Part shown: positions 48,333 through 57,623 of the stretch, one piece after another
How positions within the stretch are numbered: position 1 is the stretch's first letter
Layout of the letters: every line of letters begins with the position of its first letter
Assembly (NCBI GenBank): GCA_028343435.1
Contig: JAOLYM010000001.1
Coordinates: 40,525 to 104,524 of the forward strand
Length of the DNA: 64,000 nucleotides
Direction of reading: 5' to 3'
Source: Candidatus Nitrosopelagicus sp.
GTDB lineage: Archaea > Thermoproteota > Nitrososphaeria > Nitrososphaerales > Nitrosopumilaceae
Program-made: the position numbers and the translations under genes
The notes under the pieces: model-generated
Seen by the model: the letters and a program-made list of their open reading frames with translations, nothing else
Told to the model about the DNA's origin: nothing
Databases searched by the model: none

Positions 48333-49127
48333 TTAGTGTCCTGTGTTTGCTTTTGCATCTTTGATGAAACCTTTTGGTAAGGTTGCGCCTTTAGCCTTCA
48401 TTTTTGCAGCATATGCATCTTGAGCTTCTTGTGATTTCCAATCTGCCCCTTTAGCATCTACCTTTTTTGGTTTAGCTTCTGCTTTTTTAGCTTCTGCTGG
48501 TTTTTCATCATGTCCATGTGGACCACCTGCTTCTGCCTTTTTGGCTTCTGCTGGTTTTGGTTTTTCTGCTTGTGGTGCAGGAGTATCTTTTATCCAAGTA
48601 CCAAACTTTTTGGCTTCTGGATGATATGCAAGTCTTTGTTTTGTTGCAAAGTACTTGTTTCCTGGTGCGGTGTACCCAGTGATTTTTGTTTTGTGATCAT
48701 TCCAGTTGGATGGTGAAACTTCAACTTGTGCTACAAGAGCTCTGCTACCAAAGTATCGGTTACCAGGTGCAGTGAAACCAGTGATTGCAACTTTTTGTGT
48801 GTTCCAGTTTCCTGTTGGAATTTCACGGAATCTTTCGTGAAGTTCGGTTGATGCTGGAGGTGCTTTCTCAGCTGGTTTTGGTGCAGTTTCTGCTGGTTTT
48901 GGTTTTGCAGTTTCTGCTGGTTTTGGTTCCGGTGCAGTTTCTGCTGGTTTTGGTTTTGCAGTTTCTGCCGGCTTTGTTTCAGCTGGTTTAGGAGCTACCT
49001 CAGCAGGTTTTGCTTCCTGTGCTGCGGCTAATTTATTTAATTTTGCTTCTAAATCAGCAATTTTGGCTTCTAGATCTTTTTTTGATGTTGTAGACTTCTT
49101 TTTTGTTGTCTTTTTTGCTGTAGCCAT
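48333..49127 (-). CDS. Modular low-complexity protein, AKANTGH family member D (264 aa)
   Basis: Basic N-terminus, DLEAKIADLEAKL coil, KPAET repeats, shared core, GPHGHDEKP, GATLPKGFIKDAKANTGH. Confidence 0.87.
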   Translation of the reverse strand: MATAKKTTKKKSTTSKKDLEAKIADLEAKLNKLAAAQEAKPAEVAPKPAETKPAETAKPKPAETAPEPKPAETAKPKPAETAPKPAEKAPPASTELHERFREIPTGNWNTQKVAITGFTAPGNRYFGSRALVAQVEVSPSNWNDHKTKITGYTAPGNKYFATKQRLAYHPEAKKFGTWIKDTPAPQAEKPKPAEAKKAEAGGPHGHDEKPAEAKKAEAKPKKVDAKGADWKSQEAQDAYAAKMKAKGATLPKGFIKDAKANTGH

Positions 49128-49132
49128 AATTT

Positions 49133-49148
49133 CACCTCATTTGAGGTG
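49133..49148. promoter_or_regulatory. Palindrome CACCTCA-TT-TGAGGTG between TATA-like box and start of member D
   Basis: Perfect 7-bp arms; one arm is the SD-like GAGGTG 5 nt before the ATG. Confidence 0.5.
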
Positions 49149-49222
49149 TTTATTTAGCTTATGATGTTTCTATGAGGATATTATTGATCTAATTTTATTA
49201 ATTATACAGATATAGGAAGTGA

Positions 49223-49600
49223 ATGGATGATTTCGAAAAAGAATATCCGGATTTTGATTGGAAGAATACTCCAGCCTATAAACACCCAGGTGGGAAAAAC
49301 TGTCCATGTCCAAAACACGAATACATTAGAGAACAGATCAACTTTGCAAAACAGGTCAACGAAGCAGGATCTGATGCTGCACGTGTGACACTCAAATTTT
49401 GTCCAGATCATTATCAAGTTTACATCAAAGAGGTCATTCCAGCAATGCCACTAAAGTATAAGATTCTCACAAAAATTGCACTGAAAATTGGTGCAATACA
49501 GATCGAGCATCTAACACACATGCAATCAGATTTGTGTTTTTACTGTAAATTTGGTTCAGGTGGACATGGAAGAAAAAGTGAACTTCCACCTATGCCTTAA
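49223..49600 (+). CDS. Cys/His-containing hypothetical protein
   Basis: CPCPKH, FCPDH, CFYC motifs. Confidence 0.65.
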   Translation: MDDFEKEYPDFDWKNTPAYKHPGGKNCPCPKHEYIREQINFAKQVNEAGSDAARVTLKFCPDHYQVYIKEVIPAMPLKYKILTKIALKIGAIQIEHLTHMQSDLCFYCKFGSGGHGRKSELPPMP

Positions 49601-49833
49601 TTTATTGGACTAATTCTAATTTTTGGTCTGTGCGGAGTATCATGATGACATTTCTCTCCGCATATTGGGCACATTTTTCTATCAAGGAATATGCATTGGC
49701 AAATGTGTGATTTCATATAACTTTCAGCAGCAGTAGAATTTTCACCAGTTCCATTACAGAAGGGACATTGAGAATCAATTAATTCAATTGTTCCAGCACC
49801 CTTGCAAACTCCACAAATGTCCGAATCAGTCAC
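49597..49833 (-). CDS. Small protein with DnaJ-type CxxCxGxG Zn finger plus second Cys/His cluster
   Basis: CGVCKGAG, CPFCNGTG, HICQC...CPIC..CHH. Confidence 0.72.
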   Translation of the reverse strand: MTDSDICGVCKGAGTIELIDSQCPFCNGTGENSTAAESYMKSHICQCIFLDRKMCPICGEKCHHDTPHRPKIRISPIN

Positions 49834-49928
49834 AAACCATATTCAAGAAAAGAGAATTAAACTCTTGCTGTGAGACTTTATTGAATATCGAGTTAGGCTT
49901 ATACCTTCTTTTTGAAAAGGTGTAGCAC

Positions 49929-51365
49929 ATGCCAATAGAAGACATTCATGAATTAATTGAGGTTTTAGAGAAAGCTGGAGAACTGAAAAGAATCTCGACT
50001 CAAGTTGATTCAGAATTAGAGTTAGCCGAAATCTTACGTCGAACAATGTATGATGAAGGACCTGCATTATTGTTTGAAAATGTCAAAGGATATGATATGT
50101 CAGTTTTGGGTAATACGTTTGGTTCAATGAAGAGATTGGAATTATCACTTGAGACAACAGACTTTACTGAAATTGGACAAAGAATTGCAGATATGTCAAA
50201 GATGGAAATTCCAAAAGGAATGTTAAATAAAATTAAAAAATTACCTGAACTTTCAAAAATGAGTGATTCATTTCCGAGTTTAGAAAAGAGTGGTCCTGTA
50301 ACTGAAGTAATAAAAGAAAATCCTACTTTTGATGACATTCCAATTCTAAAATCATTTCACAAAGATGCAGGAAGATTCATTACATTTGGTTTAACTGCAA
50401 CAAAACATCCTGAAACAGGAATTAGAAATTTGGGCGTATATAGAATTCAGATTGTGGATAGTACTCATGCATTAATGCACTGGCAAAAACACAAGAGAGG
50501 TGCAGAACATCACGATATGAGAAAATCTACCAAAACAGAAGTTGCAATTATAATTGGAGGAGAACCTGCAACCGTTTTTTCAGCAGTTGCCCCTGTTCCA
50601 GAAGGATTAGACAAGTATCTTTTTGCAGGAATTACAAGAAAAAAAGGGATCAAAATGGTAAAGTGTAAAACAATTGATGTAGAGGTTCCTGCAAATGCAG
50701 AGATTGTTTTGGAAGGTTATGTTGATTCAGCAGATATCAGAGATGAAGGACCATTTGGGGATCATACAGGATATTATACACCAAAAGAACCATTTCCAAC
50801 TTTCACATTAACTGGAATTATGCAAAGAAAAAATCCAATTTATCTAACAACAGTTGTTGGAAAACCAATTTTAGAAGATGCATACATTGGTAAAGTAATC
50901 GCAAGTTCATTTTTACCAATGATTAGAATGTTCCATCCAGAAGTTGTAGACTTTGAGATGCCGGCAGCAGGATGGTTCCAAGGATTGGCAATAATTTCTA
51001 TAAAGAAAAGATATCCAGGACAAGCAAAAAAAGTCATGATGGGATTATGGGGAATGGGACAACTAGCATTAACAAAGATGTTTGTCGTAGTAGATGAAGA
51101 TGTAAATGTTCATGACATGAATGATGTTATCTGGGCAATTACAACTAGAACAGATGCTGCAAGAGATATTACAATTATAGATAGAGCACCAACAGATACT
51201 CTAGATCCAGCATCACCATTGGTAAACCTAGGCTCAAAATTAGGAATAGATGCAACACAAAAGACAGCAGAAGAAGGATTTGAGAGAGAAATTCAAGAAA
51301 AAGTAGAAGTGGATGATGAGACTAAAAAGTTAGTGGATTCTAGATGGTCTGAATATGGAATTTAA
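49929..51365 (+). CDS. ubiD: UbiD-family decarboxylase (menaquinone/futalosine context)
   Basis: RNLGVYR, EGPFGDHTGYY, GSKLGIDAT. Confidence 0.92.
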   Translation: MPIEDIHELIEVLEKAGELKRISTQVDSELELAEILRRTMYDEGPALLFENVKGYDMSVLGNTFGSMKRLELSLETTDFTEIGQRIADMSKMEIPKGMLNKIKKLPELSKMSDSFPSLEKSGPVTEVIKENPTFDDIPILKSFHKDAGRFITFGLTATKHPETGIRNLGVYRIQIVDSTHALMHWQKHKRGAEHHDMRKSTKTEVAIIIGGEPATVFSAVAPVPEGLDKYLFAGITRKKGIKMVKCKTIDVEVPANAEIVLEGYVDSADIRDEGPFGDHTGYYTPKEPFPTFTLTGIMQRKNPIYLTTVVGKPILEDAYIGKVIASSFLPMIRMFHPEVVDFEMPAAGWFQGLAIISIKKRYPGQAKKVMMGLWGMGQLALTKMFVVVDEDVNVHDMNDVIWAITTRTDAARDITIIDRAPTDTLDPASPLVNLGSKLGIDATQKTAEEGFEREIQEKVEVDDETKKLVDSRWSEYGI

Positions 51366-52480
51366 CGCATAGATACGGTTTCATAAAAATTATCACGTTC
51401 TTCAGCAGAATAACCAATTTGCTTGATTGAATCAATGATTCGAGTGTCAGTTAATTCAGTGGAGCGAGCGCCAGTACAAGAAACAACTTCTTCACCAATC
51501 AAGGTTCCACCAAAATCATCAGAACCATATTGTAATGCTAGTTGTGCCATACCAACACCATTTGTTAACCAAGATGATTGTATGTGATCAATTAAACCGT
51601 CAAAGATTATTCTAGAGATTGCAATCATTTTTAGTAACTGTATTCCTCCAGCGCCAGTTGTAACAGTTCCCTCTTTTTGCATTAAGGTGTTATTTGGTTC
51701 AAAACTCCATGGAATAAAGGCCATAAATCCATTAAGATCTTTTTGTAGCTTGGCAACTTTATCATAATGTTCAACAATATCATTATTAGTTTCAACATGA
51801 CCATACATCATTGTTGCAGAAGCAGGTAATCCAAGTTCAAATGATTCTTTCATTATTCTAATCCAATCATCACTATCAATTTTTTTTGGACTGATAATTT
51901 CTTTAACAGAATCTGTTAAAATTTCAGCACCTGCACCAGGGACAGATTGTAATCCTGCATCTTTTAATCTCGATAAAATTTCTTTTGTTGATGATTTCTC
52001 AACGGTAGCAATCATATCAATTTCAGATGTAGATAATCCATGTACACCGACCAGTGGGAATTTTGAACGAATCATTTTAAATGAATCTTCGTAATATTCA
52101 ATTCCGAGTTTGGGGTTATGACCACCTTGAATCAAAACTTGTCTAATTTTAAACATGTCCCAACCAGTTTTTACTCTTGCCTCAATTTCATCTAAAGTTA
52201 AGGTGTATGCTTCTTCATGATTAGGAGGTCTGTAAAATGCACAGAACTTACAGTCAGTGATACAGACGTTTGTGTAATTCAAAATAATATTATTGACAAA
52301 AGATACTTTTTTACCAAATTTTTTTCGAGTTATATTTCCAGCAACGAGCCCCATCAGATACACATCGTCAGATTTGAGTAATCTTAGATAATCTTCTTTT
52401 TTTGGTCTAATACCATTAAGTGAATTTTCTAGAATATCTCCTATTTCACTAGAGTGGATTTGTTGTGTTAATTGACTCAA
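51362..52480 (-). CDS. mqnC: CofH/MqnC-family radical SAM enzyme, probably dehypoxanthine futalosine cyclase
   Basis: NYTNVCITDCKFCAF, QGG, PGAGAEIL, FIPWSF, DFGGT. Confidence 0.8.
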   Translation of the reverse strand: MSQLTQQIHSSEIGDILENSLNGIRPKKEDYLRLLKSDDVYLMGLVAGNITRKKFGKKVSFVNNIILNYTNVCITDCKFCAFYRPPNHEEAYTLTLDEIEARVKTGWDMFKIRQVLIQGGHNPKLGIEYYEDSFKMIRSKFPLVGVHGLSTSEIDMIATVEKSSTKEILSRLKDAGLQSVPGAGAEILTDSVKEIISPKKIDSDDWIRIMKESFELGLPASATMMYGHVETNNDIVEHYDKVAKLQKDLNGFMAFIPWSFEPNNTLMQKEGTVTTGAGGIQLLKMIAISRIIFDGLIDHIQSSWLTNGVGMAQLALQYGSDDFGGTLIGEEVVSCTGARSTELTDTRIIDSIKQIGYSAEERDNFYETVSMR

Positions 52481-52584
52481 TCACAATCTATCTTTTGAGA
52501 TTAATATTTAATTCTTAGATAAAAAAAGAGCCTAAAATTCCATTTTTGGCAATTTTTAAGTATGGTATGCGAAAGATATCACTA

Positions 52585-53370
52585 ATGGCAACAGGTACAG
52601 AAATCCGCTTAAGCAAAATTATGAGAAAAGGTAAGATGCTTTGTATTCCTATGGATCATGGAATTTCCAATGGACCTATCGAAGGATTAGAAAAACCACA
52701 TGATGTAATTTACAAATGTGAAAATCATGGGTTGACAAGTATCATAATTAACAAAGGAATTATCAAGACATTACCAAGACCAACAAAAGTTGGAATTTTA
52801 GCCCATTTTTCATCCAGTACTGCATTATCATTAGCTCCAAATAGAAAAATGCTAACTGGCTCTGTAAAAGAGGCAATACGATTAGGAGCAGATGGAGTTT
52901 CACTACACATCAACATTGGAGGAAAAGAAGAACCAGAAATGGTTGAACAATTAGGAAAAATTTCAGAAGAATGTCATGAATGGAATGTTCCATTACTTGC
53001 AATGATGTATCCTAGAGGAGAAAATATCAAGGACCCACATGACCCAGAAGTTGTTGCACATACTGCAAGAATTGGTGCAGAATGTGGAGCAGATATTGTT
53101 AAAACATTGTACACAGGAGATATTGATTCATTCAAAAAAGTGACAGAGAGTATACCTGTTCCAGTGGTAATTGCAGGTGGCCCAAAATCAAAAACGGATT
53201 TGGATATTTTACAGATGACAGAAGATGCAATAACCGCAGGTGCAAAAGGAGTTACTTATGGAAGAAATATCTTTGCACATAAAACACCAGATAAAATGGT
53301 AGAAGCATTAGCAGGAATAATTTTCAGAAAAGAAACTGCAAAAGAAATGGCAAAAAAAATTGGCAACTGA
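52585..53370 (+). CDS. 2-amino-3,7-dideoxy-D-threo-hept-6-ulosonate synthase (AroA', class I aldolase)
   Basis: PMDHG, MMYPRG, GADIVKT, AGGPK; adjacent to DHQ synthase II. Confidence 0.88.
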   Translation: MATGTEIRLSKIMRKGKMLCIPMDHGISNGPIEGLEKPHDVIYKCENHGLTSIIINKGIIKTLPRPTKVGILAHFSSSTALSLAPNRKMLTGSVKEAIRLGADGVSLHINIGGKEEPEMVEQLGKISEECHEWNVPLLAMMYPRGENIKDPHDPEVVAHTARIGAECGADIVKTLYTGDIDSFKKVTESIPVPVVIAGGPKSKTDLDILQMTEDAITAGAKGVTYGRNIFAHKTPDKMVEALAGIIFRKETAKEMAKKIGN

Positions 53371-54418
53371 TAAACTTTTGATTGTCCAACCAAAAGTTGG
53401 AAAAAATCAATTAAATAAATTTATAAAAAATTTAGAAAATGAAGGTGTGAAATACATCTATGCAGATCCTAAAACCATCACAGATAAAAAAAGTAAAATG
53501 AAAACTGTATTTACAACACCAAATGCAGATTATGTTGTAATTGGAAAAGATGGAAAAAAGATAAAGGGTAAAAAAATTGGAAAACAATTCAAAATTCTAT
53601 CAAATAAGGATATCGAGGGGGTTTATGAAACTGCAAGAAAAGGTCTTGATTTTGTTATAATTGAGGTAAAAGATTGGAAAATAATTCCTCTAGAGAACAT
53701 CATAGCAAAATTACATAAAATTCATACACAGATATTCACAATAGCTAAAAATCAAAAAGAAGTTCGGAAAATGTTTTCTATTTTGGATGTTGGAGTTGAT
53801 GGAGTGATATTTCAAACAGGCTCCATAGGAGAAGTAGAAGAAACGTTGGTGAATATGGGGACAAAAAGTTTTGATTTGAAAACTGCAAAAATTACAGAAA
53901 TTCAAGAAGTAGGAGATGGTGAACGAGTTTGTGTAGATACAGCATCAATGTTACATAAAGGAGAAGGAATGTTAATTGGAAGTAGAGCCAATTTCATGTT
54001 TTTGGTTCATAATGAATCAGTGGGTTCATCATTTACATCACCAAGACCATTTAGGGTTAATGCAGGAGCAGTTCACTGTTACACATTATCACCAGATGGA
54101 AATACAAAATATCTATCAGAATTAGAGACAGGTAGTGAAGTATTGATTCTAAACTCTAAAGGAAAGGCAAGAAGAGCAGCTATTGGTCGATGTAAGATTG
54201 AAAAAAGACCTATGTTATTGATTAAAGCAAAGGTTGGAAACGAGATAGGTGGAATTATAGCACAAGATGCAGAAACCATACGATTTGTCAAGGCAAATGG
54301 ACAACTGGTATCAGTTACACATCTTAAAAAAGGAGATTCAGTTTTGGCATTTTCGAAAGAGGCAAGTGGAAGACACTTCGGAATGGAAGTAGCTGACGAG
54401 TATATTCTTGAAAAATAA
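53360..54418 (+). CDS. 3-dehydroquinate synthase II (AroB')
   Basis: DWKIIPLEN, RVCVDT, RPFRVNAGAVH, RHFGM. Confidence 0.93.
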   Translation: MATDKLLIVQPKVGKNQLNKFIKNLENEGVKYIYADPKTITDKKSKMKTVFTTPNADYVVIGKDGKKIKGKKIGKQFKILSNKDIEGVYETARKGLDFVIIEVKDWKIIPLENIIAKLHKIHTQIFTIAKNQKEVRKMFSILDVGVDGVIFQTGSIGEVEETLVNMGTKSFDLKTAKITEIQEVGDGERVCVDTASMLHKGEGMLIGSRANFMFLVHNESVGSSFTSPRPFRVNAGAVHCYTLSPDGNTKYLSELETGSEVLILNSKGKARRAAIGRCKIEKRPMLLIKAKVGNEIGGIIAQDAETIRFVKANGQLVSVTHLKKGDSVLAFSKEASGRHFGMEVADEYILEK

Positions 54419-55080
54419 TGAAGTATAACACCTGCGTATCAATTGGTGAAAAGAATCCAAAAAAACTGAAAATAATTCTACAAAAAGCACTGTCGAAGTC
54501 AGATTTTGCTGAAATACGTTTCGATTATTTGAAAAAATCAGATATACCAATTGTTTTAGAAAATTCTAAAAAAAATCTATCAAGATGTGTATGCACATTA
54601 CGTCCAAAATCAGAAGGAGGACAATTCATAGGAAAAGAAGATGAAAGAAAATCAATTTTGCGATTAATTGCCGAATATAATCCATTTTTGTTGGATGTAG
54701 AATTTAATACAATTCAAAAAGATAGAAAACTTGCATTATATCTTAAAAAATCTAAATGTAAATTATTGATTTCATGGCATGATTTTAAGAAAACACCTAA
54801 TGAATCACAATTAAAATCTAGATTCAATAAAATGAGAAAATTTTCTAATGTCGTGAAAATTGTGACTGTAGCAAAGAACGTATCTGATGCTTCAAGATTA
54901 CTATCACTTTATTCCATCAAATCAAAAAATAAAACTGTGGCATTTTGTATGGGAGATCAAGGTAAATTCTCAAGAATATTATGCCTACATCTAGGAAGTC
55001 CATTTACCTACGTATCATTAGGGAAAGCAATAGCACCAGGACAGTTTAGTGTTGATGAGATAAAGTCTTTAGAAAATTAA
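54418..55080 (+). CDS. aroD: Type I 3-dehydroquinate dehydratase
   Basis: EIRFD, TLR..SEGG, SWHDF, APGQ. Confidence 0.92.
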   Translation: MKYNTCVSIGEKNPKKLKIILQKALSKSDFAEIRFDYLKKSDIPIVLENSKKNLSRCVCTLRPKSEGGQFIGKEDERKSILRLIAEYNPFLLDVEFNTIQKDRKLALYLKKSKCKLLISWHDFKKTPNESQLKSRFNKMRKFSNVVKIVTVAKNVSDASRLLSLYSIKSKNKTVAFCMGDQGKFSRILCLHLGSPFTYVSLGKAIAPGQFSVDEIKSLEN

Positions 55081-55862
55081 CCTCGATCATAATTAGAAGT
55101 TCCATAAAATTCATGAATTTTTTCGGTGATTTGCCCATCTAATGATACAGATACATAAACAGTGTACAGATTATTTATCATCCATAAAGTACCATCTTGA
55201 TTAGTTTCACGTGCCAATATCTCATAACGTAAAAATCCATCTTTAGTTAATCCAGAAAAAGTATGAATTAATTCTTCCTCGTTGTGTAATTCAATTTCTA
55301 CATTAACACCATCAACGGTATAATCTGCACTTCTGTTAAAGTTCGGTGAAGTATTAGGATATTTATCAGCATCAAAAACTAAAATATCTAGAATGAATTT
55401 TTTCTCAGGAGTTACAGTATCATATCCTTGAAGTAACAACATTAGTGGCACTCCAGTGACAGTTGATGTTTCAGGAACTTCTTCACCAGTCTCTTCTTGA
55501 ATGATTTCAGGACTTGATGCATCAACTTCAATTATTCCAATTTCGATCAGATACTTCATCGCATTGATAAATCCAGAATCAGGTATTTGTCCTTCAGACC
55601 ACCAACCAGCAGTATTTCGGACCCAATCAGGAATAGTTTTGTCAGGTCCAGGAATACCAGGTTCTGTTGAGGGAATGTAGATTATTCCTTCATTTATTAG
55701 AAATTCCAGACCATTAGTAAATTCAGATTGAGATATTTGTCTTTCAGACCACCAAGAAGCATTATTTTTGACCCATTCAGGAATGCCTTCAGAGAATGAT
55801 AATGGAATAAGAGAAATTCCGATTAGTAAAATAATCAAAAAAGGAACTTTATGCATATCCAT
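55077..55862 (-). CDS. Exported protein with thaumarchaeal IPxWVxNxAxWW repeats
   Basis: Signal peptide; IPEWVKNNASWW and IPDWVRNTAGWW repeats. Confidence 0.8.
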   Translation of the reverse strand: MDMHKVPFLIILLIGISLIPLSFSEGIPEWVKNNASWWSERQISQSEFTNGLEFLINEGIIYIPSTEPGIPGPDKTIPDWVRNTAGWWSEGQIPDSGFINAMKYLIEIGIIEVDASSPEIIQEETGEEVPETSTVTGVPLMLLLQGYDTVTPEKKFILDILVFDADKYPNTSPNFNRSADYTVDGVNVEIELHNEEELIHTFSGLTKDGFLRYEILARETNQDGTLWMINNLYTVYVSVSLDGQITEKIHEFYGTSNYDRG

Positions 55863-55947
55863 TCTTCTATTTGGTAGAATTAATTTTTGCTATGAAAATT
55901 TTTTTTACCAATGAATAGGTTATATCAATCTAAATTGAATTGAAAAT

Positions 55948-56769
55948 ATGTTGAAGACATATGCAGTGATTGGAGACCCAATTGAGCATTCATTATCCCC
56001 GACAATTCATAACGCAGTATACAGGGAATTGCAGCTGGAATGTACATACATTGCATATAGAGTGGCTAAAGGAGAGTTGGCAACAGGTATAGAATCCTTA
56101 AAAAAAATCAAAATTTCAGGATTTAATGTAACAATACCACATAAACTCGAAATGATGAATTATTTAGATAATGTAGATGAGAATTGTAAAAAAATTGGTG
56201 CAGTTAATACAGTTCTTAATGATGATGGAATACTAAGAGGCTTTAACACAGATATGGATGGATTCCTAGAACCTATAAAAAGAAAAGAAATTAACATTAA
56301 AAATTCTAAAATTCTGTTACTTGGTGCAGGAGGAGCAGCAAGAGCAATTGTGGCAGGATTTCAAAAAGAAAATGCTAAAGATATTACAATTGTCAATAGA
56401 ACAGAAAGTAAAGGTAATGAGTTGGTAAAGTTTTCAAATGAATTAGGATTAAATGCAATATCAAAAACAATTGACGGTATGAATAAACTTGATTCAAATT
56501 TTGATTTCATAGTAAATGCATCTGCATTAGGATTAAAAAATGAAAAAAATATCATACCAGAAAAATTTTTCAATGAACATACAATAGTATATGATATAGT
56601 TTACAAGCCAGTTAAAACAGATTTAATAAATAAAGCAAAAGATAAAAATTGTAAAATTATTTTTGGGTATGAAATGCTTCTTGGACAAGCAATACGTTCA
56701 TTTGAAATTTGGTTAGATAAAAAAGCACCATATGAAATAATGAAAAGATCTATTTTGGGAGGCTTCTAA
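55948..56769 (+). CDS. aroE: Shikimate dehydrogenase
   Basis: HSLSP, NVTIPHK, GAVNT, NTD, GAGGAA. Confidence 0.95.
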   Translation: MLKTYAVIGDPIEHSLSPTIHNAVYRELQLECTYIAYRVAKGELATGIESLKKIKISGFNVTIPHKLEMMNYLDNVDENCKKIGAVNTVLNDDGILRGFNTDMDGFLEPIKRKEINIKNSKILLLGAGGAARAIVAGFQKENAKDITIVNRTESKGNELVKFSNELGLNAISKTIDGMNKLDSNFDFIVNASALGLKNEKNIIPEKFFNEHTIVYDIVYKPVKTDLINKAKDKNCKIIFGYEMLLGQAIRSFEIWLDKKAPYEIMKRSILGGF

Positions 56770-57623
56770 TGACAGAAATAGTTGCTAAGGTTTATGGTGC
56801 AGTTTCAATAGTAAATGCAATTGCCATAGGAAAAGGATCAACGTTAGGAATAGATACATTTGTAGAAACAACGTTAAAAAAAAGAGAAGGTAAAGGAATT
56901 CACATTACATCAGAAAATAAGACAATTAGTTCACGTTTGATAAATAAATTAATTGAGAATATGATTCCAAAGAAGGTTTTAGATAATACAAAATTAGAAT
57001 TAGATTTTAAATCAAATATACCAACAGGATACGGATTGAAAAGCTCCAGTGCAATTTCATCTGCAGTCATATTATCATGTGCAAAAGCCTTTGGGAAAAT
57101 CATGAGTGATGAGGAAGTTTTGAAATTAGGTGCAAAAACATCAATTCAGGCAAAAGTCAGTATAACTGGCGCCTATGATGATGCATGTGCATGTCATTTT
57201 GGAGGTTTTAATGTAACTGATAATTTGAAAATGAAATTATTACATAGAGAATTGGGTCCAAAAGATCTACAGGTAGTGATATTTTTACCAAAATCAAGAA
57301 AAAGAGGCAATTTAAGAAAATTAAAGGAGTTTAAAGATGCGTTTGAAAAATCATGGCAATTAGCAAAAAATTCAGATTATTGGAATGCAGCCATACTAAA
57401 CGGAATTGCGACGACAGCAATTCTAAATTCAGAACCAGATTTAATCATGAAATTAATAGAAAAAGGTGCACTATGTGCAACAATTTCAGGCAATGGCCCT
57501 TCAATAATGGCAATTACAGATAAAAAGAATAAATCAAGAGTTCAAAAAGAATTTTCAGGATTAGATGGAAAAGTAATGGTATCTAACATTAATAATAAAA
57601 AGGCATATGTTCATGAACTGTAA
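56769..57623 (+). CDS. aroK: Archaeal shikimate kinase (GHMP family)
   Basis: IPTGYGLKSSSA, SITGAYDD, SGNGP. Confidence 0.92.
   Translation: MTEIVAKVYGAVSIVNAIAIGKGSTLGIDTFVETTLKKREGKGIHITSENKTISSRLINKLIENMIPKKVLDNTKLELDFKSNIPTGYGLKSSSAISSAVILSCAKAFGKIMSDEEVLKLGAKTSIQAKVSITGAYDDACACHFGGFNVTDNLKMKLLHRELGPKDLQVVIFLPKSRKRGNLRKLKEFKDAFEKSWQLAKNSDYWNAAILNGIATTAILNSEPDLIMKLIEKGALCATISGNGPSIMAITDKKNKSRVQKEFSGLDGKVMVSNINNKKAYVHEL

Noticed and set aside
47661-48392. CRISPR array or integron attC interpretation of the three regularly spaced palindromic repeats
   Set aside because: Units are about 300 bp apart, the repeats are the coding 3' ends of paralogous genes, and no cas or integrase gene is in the window
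46278-48991. Plus-strand ORFs over the array (46278, 46700, 47364, 48013, 48510, 48785)
   Set aside because: Antisense shadows of low-complexity minus-strand genes with unnatural composition
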